Positions 1 through 8,718 of a stretch of DNA of 64,000 nt are shown here, in pieces. The stretch comes from Penicillus capitatus (Eukaryota; Plantae; Chlorophyta). The notes below the pieces were generated by a model that worked only from the letters and a program-made list of their open reading frames with translations, made no database searches and had not been told where the DNA came from. The translations under genes and the position numbers were made by a program. Positions within the stretch are counted from its first letter, which is position 1; each line of letters begins with the position of its first letter. The DNA is taken from contig OZ287698.1 of the NCBI GenBank assembly GCA_965649825.1, forward strand, positions 139,949-203,948, in the 5' to 3' direction.

Positions 1-450
1 CCAACACAGCCCGTGCCGTCATTTATGCACAGGGGGGAACAAAGAGCGACGCTTCAGCAATACAATCTTCGTCTTCGGCAAACTCCAGAGGACAACAAAT
101 GTAATCGACAGTGTTTTTTCAACCCTCGGCAGTTATCCGTCGCCTCCAGGACTCCGACTGAGAGCTTCGTCTTGACGAGCATTGCGTTCAGCGGAAGCAT
201 TAGGAGCACCTCGCGCTCCGAAACCATCTGTTGGCAGTCTGGCGACTCCATGCGCAGTCGTGGATGCGCAGTGGAGGTCGCGTGGCGCTGACGTGTCGTC
301 GCGGACATGCCAGGGGAACTCCAGCCAAGGGGCCGACGATGGGACGCCTGAACGGACACACCATGCGGTGACAGAGGATGACGTACCGCGCGAGGTGATT
401 GCTCCGTCTGGCGAAAAATGCGCCATCCATCGTCGAACTGAAGACCGACA
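1..450 (-). mobile_element. LTR retroelement 5' end (222-bp LTR at 229-450 plus PBS at 215-226) nested in the LINE RT; continues beyond window start
   Basis: Minus strand reads TGTCGG...GACTGCCAACA, then GA, then TGGTTTCGGAGC (same PBS as the other LTR families). It abuts CCTAT at 451-455, the TSD half seen at the equivalent site at 31157. Confidence 0.7.
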
Positions 451-1526
451 CCTATGATGAAAAGCAGTGGGGATAAAGGGCTTCCCTGCGGCGTTCCGAT
501 AGACGGGGCGTGTGAGAAGCTTCCCCTGTCGAGATCCAGCTTGGCTTCCCTGTTGCTGAGAAAAGCTTGTATCCATCGCATAAGGTATGGGGGTGTGTCA
601 AGACGTTCCAGAGCATCCAGTATCGCCGAGGGTCGGATGCTATCAAAGGCCCCTTTGATATCTAAGGTAACCCCATATACTGCACAGCCTTTCCTTGTGT
701 GTCTTTCGATAAAGTCCGTAGATTCCACCAGAGCGTCCACTACCCCTCTCCCCACTCTGAAACCGAATTGTCTACACGAGAGGCCATTCTTTGACTCGAG
801 AAACTGCGTCAGTCGCTGCGCGACAATCTGATGCACACATTTTGCAATCGAGCCAATGAGGCTGATTGGACGTAGAAGTGCTAGTTCCTTGCGAGGGTTT
901 GCTTTCTTCGGGATGCAGATGATCTCCGATTGTTGCCAAGTCCGAGGAAGAAAGCCCAGTTGAAGCGATCTGGTGGCAATGGCCGCGAAAACCTCTGGGG
1001 ATTTCCGGAAGGCGCGCGAGATAAGGGCCTTAGGAAGACCATCAGGGCCAGGGGCGGCAAATGGCCGTCCGCCCTCGAAGGCTCTTCTGGCTTCAGCAAC
1101 CGACACGTGTGGAGGAGGCCTTGTCACAACGTATGTTCTCTGCGCTTCTGTCTCAGGGCTGGACGGGAAGAACTTCTGGAAGAGTAGTTTACTGATCTCG
1201 GACGGGTCTTCCACCAGTTCTCCGTTCCCGATTGTTAGGAAGGCAATCTTCTCTACTCCGGTCGGCTTCGTTAGTCTTTTGTACGTTGACCAGAGGTCTC
1301 TGGTTGTGTTACTGCTGTCCGCCAGAAAGTCCCTCTAGGCTTCCCGCTTTCGTCCTCGGATGACAGACTGAAGATGTGACTTTGCCGCGGTAATCTCTGC
1401 CAGAAGGCAGTCCGGTAGCCAGCCATGTGTTCCTCTGTGTCTTTCTCCTTTCCTCTTGGCCTTCATTAATGTCGAATGAACCCGGGCAACATCCTCATTC
1501 CACCAGTGCTTCCTTTGTGAGGAGGG
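451..1526 (-). mobile_element. 5'-truncated LINE fragment (N-terminal RT region), identical duplicate of 31157-32232
   Basis: RT motifs APGPDG, RPISL, QFGFR, LDIKGAFD, GTPQGSPLSP. Constant offset of 30706 to the second copy. In-frame TAG at the usual Trp position (KREA*RDFL). Flank TTCATTCTGTACTT at 1527. Confidence 0.9.
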
Positions 1527-2395
1527 TTCATTCTGTACTTCGCGGACATCAAGTTGTGGATATAATTAACATTCTTTCTCCATGATCTGTTCGTTCAAAA
1601 TCTTAGCCAACGTAGCATCGCATAACTTTATTTTCTTGATGCGCGTTTGTCGAACAACCTTGAATCATTTGTCGTTGTTGTGTGTTCCATGAATTCAAGC
1701 CGAAGCAGACGGTTTGTTTTGTGTGTTGTCTCGCGGGGTTGCTGTGCTGGAACAAACTGGACAGTTTAAAGAAGCGTTTGTTTGTGTCTGCAACAAAGGT
1801 ACTTCTAAAATGCGTAGGATTCCATGTGGAAATATATATTGCTAAGTATTAAGGTAAAACCGATCTGGGCTCATACATATTCTTGGTGTCGTTATTCACA
1901 CTCAGTCTATCGGTCAAAAGCAAAACCACGACGAGAAAAGAACTTCCATCAGACTGTCCTCGCGTTGCTGTTCATCGTTCACTCATTCCCATGTAAGCAT
2001 GGTGCTAAGGCTACTTGCTCAGGTATATCCATTAGATCATCGTACACGTCTTGCAATCACGAACTGGATCTTGATGGAATACCGTGTTCCTCTCTTGGTC
2101 ATAGAATTTGCACTGTGGCTGGCCTGCGAGAGGTAGTCGCGACCCGTCTTTTCACGATTTCTATCGCTGTCACAGGGCCATTGTCGACCTCGACTTGGCC
2201 ATAGCTGAGAATCATATGTAATTGCCCCGAGTCGTGTTCGTTGAAAAGTTCCTTTTTTGCCTCAGAGCAGTCCTGAAGAGAAAGGGCGTTCTGGCACTAA
2301 GTGTCGAAAGACCATTTGTTGCCTTTCCTTTCGAAGCAATGCATCATTTTTATCCCAGTTTACATAGCGAACTGCGTGGCATGAAGTCATGCCGT
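1527..2395. repeat. Duplicated ~0.87-kb spacer ('module X'), copy 1
   Basis: Homologous to ~18819-19700 and 32233-33105; essentially identical to copy 3 up to ~1881, diverged afterwards. Confidence 0.85.
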
Positions 2396-4098
2396 TGTCG
2401 CCAAGATCTGGCTTGGCGATGTGACTGCCTCGTTTCTGAGGAGTTCACCGCTTGAGGGGACGCAGGTTGACTCACCTGAGGCGCTATCCTCTGGTTCTGG
2501 CGCGAGGGTGACTCACCTGCTTCGGCATGTCACGTCGCCACTGGAGTATTTAATGAACAATTCGCACCATGTTTTGCCCTTGCTCTGTAAACGTGAGAAG
2601 TCTTCCGCTGTTGTATCTTTCGTCCGACCCGACCGGCGACAAGTGGTTTCGGAGCGTCGGTGACGTTCCTTTGGTTGGAGCTCCGTCTGCGTGACGTTGC
2701 GCATTCGCTCTGTGCGTTGCGCCCTCCTTGGTGGAGGTTGAGTCCTGCCTAGACGAGGTCTAGACACGAGGAAGCTTCAAGGGACGACGGTCTAAGGATG
2801 AGTCGAACACGAAGAGAATGGGGAGCGGAGTAGGGTCACTTAAAGGAGGGGTCTTTCTATGCCACCGCTATTGGGCCGAGTTTACTCAGAGAATTGGAGG
2901 AGGACGCGGGTCTGTACCCTGATGCCTTTTGGTTTGCCAAGGTGTGGATACGGCCGGAAATCGTCGGTTCTTGGCACGGGGCGGATAAGTTTCTGATCGG
3001 TGAAAGAGACTTGAAAGCGTTTGTGAGGTACGTCTGTCCGAGACTCCAAGAGCGGCGAAGACTGCGCGAGGAGAATGAACGGTTAAGACGAGAGCTCCAA
3101 GATGAACGGCGACGAGCCAATGAAGCCGAAGAGGAAGCTAGGGTAGCCAACGAGGAATTAAACGGTTGGATGACCGGAAACAAGCGTCTGCTCGAGCACA
3201 ACAGGAAGCTACAACAAGACATTTCTGAGGCAAAACAAGGGCATCATCGAGGCACAAAGGCTGCAAACGAGGCACGGGGGGAGGCCTCTTCTATACAACA
3301 GAAGCTTAGAAAGACAGAGACCGCCTTCACAGAGGCGAAAAGAAAGTTCATTTCGGCACCTGATTTGGTGCCATGCCTACAGTCGTTGGGGGCCGAGGTG
3401 AAGACGCTACAAACGAATGTAAAGACGGCAGCTGAGGCGATGACGACTAGACCAGTGGAAGGGCGGCGAAGTTCGAAAACGCTGCAGCAAATGAAGCGGG
3501 TGCTACACGACATCGGACGGTACCCGCAACGGCGCCGAAGAGCGAAAGCGACCGACGCGGCAGATGATGGCGGAGGTGCCATCAAGCGCGGTCGTTTGTG
3601 CTACATGTGCCGATGCAAGGGGCATCTGGCCAAGGATTGTCCGCAAGCGCGGACTGATACGGTTGCGTCAGCGGATCCGACGACATCGGATACGCATCAG
3701 AGAGCGGAGGGGTCGCAGGAAGCAAATGCAGAATCAGGATGGAGCATTTTCTCAGTTTTCAGACGAACGTTCACCTCGGGAATCGACTGATTTAATTGTG
3801 TTGTTTTGCGGGGTCTTTTTTGCTGTTTTTCGGAGTTTGGCGGGAAGCGTGGTGTCGCCAAGATCTGGCTTGGCGATGTGACTGCCTCGTTTCTGAGGAG
3901 TTCACCGCTTGAGGGGACGCAGGTTGACTCACCTGAGGCGCTATCCTCTGGTTCTGGCGCGAGGGTGACTCACCTGCTTCGGCATGTCACGTCGCCACTG
4001 GAGTATTTAATGAACAATTCGCACCATGTTTTGCCCTTGCTCTGTAAACGTGAGAAGTCTTCCGCTGTTGTATCTTTCGTCCGACCCGACCGGCGACA
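2396..4098 (+). mobile_element. Complete non-autonomous LTR retroelement lacking pol
   Basis: Identical 246-bp LTRs at 2396-2641 and 3853-4098, TGTCGCC...GGCGACA termini, 5-bp TSD GCCGT (2391-2395, 4099-4103), PBS TGGTTTCGGAGC at 2644-2655. Confidence 0.95.
2798..3790 (+). CDS. Coiled-coil plus CCHC zinc-knuckle (gag-like) ORF of the pol-less LTR element; in-frame TAG at 2831-2833
   Basis: Long E/R/Q/K coiled-coil stretch and CYMCRCKGHLAKDC (CX2CX4HX4C). ATG at 2798 is in frame but interrupted at codon 12; true start uncertain. Confidence 0.7.
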
Positions 4099-4347
4099 GC
4101 CGTCTGTACCACAATGTCGTTGAACAGCTTTAACCGTTTGCCGAGGGACAAGTCCCAGCTAGACCCCATTCTTTTCTGTTCTCCCTCGAAGTCAATGACC
4201 TCACCGGATCGCGAGAGAATGTCCGACGTGTCTCTGAAAAGACACTTATTATATAGTTGCTGAGTCGGTGCGTTTGGCACCGACGACGATCGTACGAACG
4301 AGCTGCTTGATACGCGGCACCCGTGTTTCAGCAACGCGGTGAAGGCA

Positions 4348-5547
4348 ATGGCTTTCGTTTCTCTTCGTGTTGCGCCAAGTCCTCTGGCGATAAGGAAGAA
4401 AACTGCGCCAACCACGTCGACGACGTCTGGACGACCAGCGACCGCTCTCGTCACGACAGTTCTCTTGCTCGGCTTGACTGCGAATGCACGAGCTGATGAC
4501 GAGTCTGGCGGACTCCTCAGCTGGGGACAGCTTGAGAAGGAGGCAGGCTATTTCTCGAAGAGCGGTCGGTGGAGAGGAGGCTTGCCGAAGAAGGAACGCA
4601 AGGAGGGCGACGTCTGGAGCAACTGTTTAGAGAGACACGACAATGACAGCTTCTGTCAGAAATGGGCGGAGAAGGGAGAAATTGCACAAGCATCCAGGAA
4701 TAAAATCTGCCATTGCATCAAAACGGCGGATTCTTGCTGTCGCAAGTGGAAGTGTATCAGCGAGGAGAAGTCGAGATATTGTTCAGTGGGGAATAGGAAA
4801 GACAAGACGAGCGCAAGGAGATGTAAACAAGCTGTTGAAAAAATCGAGGAGTGCGTGTGTAGCAGCGAACACTCGATTGGTGGTTGCTGTTCGAAATGGA
4901 CCTGCGCCGAGAATGGTGGCGACAGTACTACAAGACACGGTGAATATTACCGTTATGTATCACAGTATGTCGAAACGTCGATTCTGAACGCTTCAACCTC
5001 TTTCTGCACTTACTGGTCTGGTGAATGGACGTCGAAAAAATATGTGGGATCAACCAGCTGCGACTGTGCCATCATCGATAATGGATACTGCGAGAGCTGG
5101 AGATGCAACGTGAGAACTTTGCTTCGGTGTTCAGAACACCGAGGATGGTGTCGCCTGGAACTGTCCATTGGTGTGTTTGGACTAATCGGACTTTTCTTCT
5201 TAATCGGTGGAATGGTCATTATCGACTCGCCGAACGTTTGTTGTAGAACGGCCGATTTGAAGACCCGAGCAAAGTTTTCTATAGTGTACTCTCTTTTGCT
5301 GTTCCCTCCGTGGTTGGCTAGCGTGGGTATAACCGGGGGTTCAATGGGTCTTCGGTTTGTGGGGTGCTCAAGCACTGTGTCCGCGATATTGATAAGCGGT
5401 CACAGACGCTGGATGAAAACCAAGAGATCGAGCAGCCGTCCCAATGACGACGAAGAACATCATGTGGCGACAGAGGAGCAGACAATCCCATCCTCAGACG
5501 AAAGAGCGCCGTTTTTGGTACCTACGAGATCCGAAGGACTGCCCTGA
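4348..5547 (+). CDS. Cys/Trp-rich membrane protein, paralogue 1 (signal peptide, CxC...Cx2WxC repeats, C-terminal TM helices)
   Basis: Hydrophobic LVTTVLLLGLTANARA segment, repeated Cys/Trp motif, hydrophobic C-terminal segments; clear paralogue at 16655-17977. Confidence 0.75.
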   Translation: MAFVSLRVAPSPLAIRKKTAPTTSTTSGRPATALVTTVLLLGLTANARADDESGGLLSWGQLEKEAGYFSKSGRWRGGLPKKERKEGDVWSNCLERHDNDSFCQKWAEKGEIAQASRNKICHCIKTADSCCRKWKCISEEKSRYCSVGNRKDKTSARRCKQAVEKIEECVCSSEHSIGGCCSKWTCAENGGDSTTRHGEYYRYVSQYVETSILNASTSFCTYWSGEWTSKKYVGSTSCDCAIIDNGYCESWRCNVRTLLRCSEHRGWCRLELSIGVFGLIGLFFLIGGMVIIDSPNVCCRTADLKTRAKFSIVYSLLLFPPWLASVGITGGSMGLRFVGCSSTVSAILISGHRRWMKTKRSSSRPNDDEEHHVATEEQTIPSSDERAPFLVPTRSEGLP

Positions 5548-6421
5548 AAAGACAAATCACCACCACGTTCGATATTGCCGAATTCCGAGACTCAAAGCAC
5601 AATCTAGAAACTGAGAAATTCCCGGCACGGTCAGAATAAGCAAGTCTTGGAGCCCGATGAGAGGACTCTCCCTGTTAGTGTTGTTAGATCGAGAACCGTC
5701 AGCTTGCTTGTCCGCTAAACGAACGACACAAGGTTGGCTCTAGACGAATCTGCCGGAGCAGCAATCATCCGGCGTAGTGCATCAGCAAATCCATCTCAAG
5801 CTGGAGTACGCACTCCAAATCCTCTGCTGCCTTTTCTCATTGTCCACACAGAACACAAACAAGCGAAGAGAGGAATGATTTTCACGACACTTGAAGCTGC
5901 GACCGTATTGCTTTTCGAGTGATAATCGTCAGCGCACAGTCCGTCCGTCCTTCCTCGTTTTCGTGATGATGAAGGCGAGATCGTTGGATATTCTCTAGAC
6001 GCGAATCCTATGTAGATGCCCTTCTCCATGAAGAGGGCATCACTCTTCCGATGGGTAAATCTCTCTCATCATCAAGGAGTGGCATAACGACAATCAAATG
6101 TGTGACATACTTTGCATTCTGCATGGACTCAAGGGAAAATGATTCTCCCGTTGGCATTTAAAAGAAGGCTTTCGTCTTTCGACGTTATTCAGGGCAGCTG
6201 CCCATCGGAATCGATGGCGTCTACCTCCGCGCCTTTCCAGCGATTGGCCTTTGTCCCTTTGTCCTTCTCCCACAGGTTGTTGTCGATAGATGTCTCGGAC
6301 ACGGGTTGCTCTTCCGATATGAGCCGGGTGCAGTTGGAGACGGAAACTGGATACTTGAAATCGGTGGCGCATATGACGGCGATCTACCATAGACTTGTTG
6401 CTCTGCGAATCGCGAAGACTT

Positions 6422-8058
6422 TACCTTTTTTCCGTACGACACTTTCGTTCCGCCGTTTCAAAACCCTTGCCGAACGACGGTGCCTACACGCGCAAAAGCG
6501 AACGATGCAACCTTCCGGCTCTCAGTCTGGAGGTCCTGACTCCGCCCCCGACCCAGTGCGCACGGCGGTTGCTCAGGCTGCAAACACGGTTCGGCATCGA
6601 CGCGACCTGCGTCAGACCTCCGAGGTACTCGAGGCGATGAGCAAGGCTGAGCTCATTCTCGTCAATACTGCACTCCGAGCCTGTCCCACCCAGCTTGCGG
6701 CCACTTTGGACCCCGCACAGATCATCGAGAAAATCAGAGCCTACCTGGCAGCCCATGAAAGGCGTGATGCCGTGCAGCTCCGACTTGTCCGACATCACGA
6801 GGACGCTAGAAACTCGCTCCTACTCGCCCCAGAAGGTCCCATCTATGACCCGCACGCTAAGTCTTCCTGTCTCTCACAGATCTGCCGATACAAGGAAAAG
6901 GCTACCCCATCAGATCTCCTGGAAGCACTCTCCCAAGACCTCGCCACTATTCAGGCTCATCTGGCATGCGCCACTGGATCCGTTCCACCTGAAAACCGAG
7001 AAACGCTCCTGGGAATCGCCACTCGTCTCGGGGAGATGGGAACCTGTCTCGGATTTCACAAGGCCATGGTCTCGTTTGCTCCAACACCCCCAGCTCCAAT
7101 GGCTCACGTGACACCACCTTCTGCGGCCAGCACCGTTCGAGAAGTCACACGCTCATACCGCGACGCCGCCCGTCAGTCCTTGCCCTCAGAACAGCCCCAG
7201 ACCACGACCCCTGCCCAGCGCCAACGGACCACCCAGGCACGAGAGATCCGGAGGCAAACCAACGCGAACAAGGCCCAGATCCGATGCGATGAACGCAGCT
7301 TCCAGCTCTGCCCAGTGACCATGAAGGGAGACCGTCCGTCCTTTCGCCAGCTTGGCATCAGCCTGGAACGGGCTCTAAAGATCAAGAACCTGAAGGAGTA
7401 TGTGGAAGACATCCGTTCTGACCACGGCGGCAGATATTACGTGCAAATCCGCTCCGACCTGATCCCGCAGTTTGAGAGAGCGCTCGACCGCAGCCTAGAA
7501 TGCGCCGGTGCCAGATGGGACCTGGAGCTCGACGATATCGGAACCTTCGAGGTCAACAACCCGTACCTGTCGCCCACGAAAGACAAGATCCCAGTCGTCA
7601 TCAGCAATGTCGACACAGACATCGACCCGGAAGCAGCCATCACCGCCATCGCAGAACAGAACGCAGCCCGCTGGAAGATACCGGCCACCGAACTCAAAGA
7701 ATCGCACTTCGCCGCCCCGCACCGACTGAATCGTCGGAAGCGCGATGCATCTGGACAGCCCCTTCCTGAATGGACACCGAGCAAGAATCTGAAAGTCTTC
7801 ATTTCGAAGACACTTCACGAGCAACTCTTGGGAGAACACAAGGCCCCGTTTGCTACCCTGGACTACATGGTACTTCCGAGTCGCCCGTACGCGCGGTTCC
7901 CCAGCGCACCCCGTGGAATCTCCTGATCGTTATTTCATTACATCCTTCCCTGTTGGGCCTTTCTGTTTGGACAGACTGAACCCTGTTTGCTACACCTTAT
8001 GTACAGATGCACTCCTGATCTTCTCAAAAAGGAGTTGTAAAAGCAAGCAATCTAAAAA
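6422..8058 (+). mobile_element. ORF1-only non-LTR retroelement (HAL1-like)
   Basis: 15-bp TSD GAATCGCGAAGACTT (6407-6421, 8059-8073), short A tail, and 45-bp 3' tail (8000-8044) matching the LINE tail at 28813-28857 with one mismatch. Confidence 0.9.
6505..7926 (+). CDS. LINE ORF1-like protein (473 aa) without zinc knuckles
   Basis: First ATG inside the TSD boundaries. C-terminal PVVISNVDTDIDPE...EQN...RPY resembles the pre-knuckle region of I/R1/Jockey-group ORF1 proteins. Confidence 0.7.
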   Translation: MQPSGSQSGGPDSAPDPVRTAVAQAANTVRHRRDLRQTSEVLEAMSKAELILVNTALRACPTQLAATLDPAQIIEKIRAYLAAHERRDAVQLRLVRHHEDARNSLLLAPEGPIYDPHAKSSCLSQICRYKEKATPSDLLEALSQDLATIQAHLACATGSVPPENRETLLGIATRLGEMGTCLGFHKAMVSFAPTPPAPMAHVTPPSAASTVREVTRSYRDAARQSLPSEQPQTTTPAQRQRTTQAREIRRQTNANKAQIRCDERSFQLCPVTMKGDRPSFRQLGISLERALKIKNLKEYVEDIRSDHGGRYYVQIRSDLIPQFERALDRSLECAGARWDLELDDIGTFEVNNPYLSPTKDKIPVVISNVDTDIDPEAAITAIAEQNAARWKIPATELKESHFAAPHRLNRRKRDASGQPLPEWTPSKNLKVFISKTLHEQLLGEHKAPFATLDYMVLPSRPYARFPSAPRGIS

Positions 8059-8718
8059 GAATCGCGAAGACTTCATGTGTGGCACAGCACATGCAAACGC
8101 AGGATGCTCTATCCAATGGTCAGTTGTGTATGATTTTAGATGACGGTCATGCAAGTGGAGAGATCGGTGCCTGTACCTTCGATGGAGTCGTTGTCTGACA
8201 AGAACGGCACATTGTCGACTGATACCGAACCCGAAGATCGTGGCCCATCCATGCCTGTTATTTGACACCCGGATAGTCCCATCCCGTCACCAATGTCAAC
8301 TGCAAAATTGTCCGCCAGATGGAACGCCGGTGTTGCCTCGAACGGAGCTCGATGGAACTCAAGGACCCCGGCATCGAGCAGAGAGAACGCTTTACCTGCG
8401 AATTGAAAGATGATTCCCAACAATGCTGTGTCCGATGAGCTGGCGTTGTATCGTCAGGCAACCAACCCCACCTCTCCTGTTCACTGTGACTGCACCCATC
8501 ACGCATCCACACATTTCGCCATGCGGTTGGCTGCATGAGAATCACGGCATTCTCTTTGAGACGCCTTTTGACGGATGTATTCGTGATGTGACGTGACGTT
8601 CAATGAAGTTCCAGACAAGGGTTCGTACAAAGACTTTTATCTTCTCATTAACAACGAAGTCACCGAACGGACAGGAAGAAAGAACCTGTTCAGCGACCGC
8701 AAGATACACAAACACGTA

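Noticed and set aside
54-450. C-terminal tail of the 386-aa track ORF treated as part of RT
   Set aside because: After LFIIG it is read-through into the LTR insert; the real RT continues as MDPIL at 30685 in the other copy.
1335-2833. UAG reassignment suggested by in-frame TAGs in the LINE and the pol-less element
   Set aside because: Ycf45-like, IFT57, TBC, DDX54 and the NLR all end at TAG in plausible terminal positions; TGG-to-TAG mutation explains the LINE case.
5700-5790. Possible further solo-LTR fragment (GCTAAACGAAC.ACACA similar to ~14302)
   Set aside because: Match too short, and no termini or TSD could be defined.
6185-6260. Ankyrin-like GAEVDAIDSDGQLP on the minus strand
   Set aside because: Single short match followed by a stop; no second repeat.
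6112-6504. 131-aa N-terminal extension of the 604-aa track ORF
   Set aside because: It crosses the element's 5' TSD into flanking DNA; the real start is probably ATG 6505.
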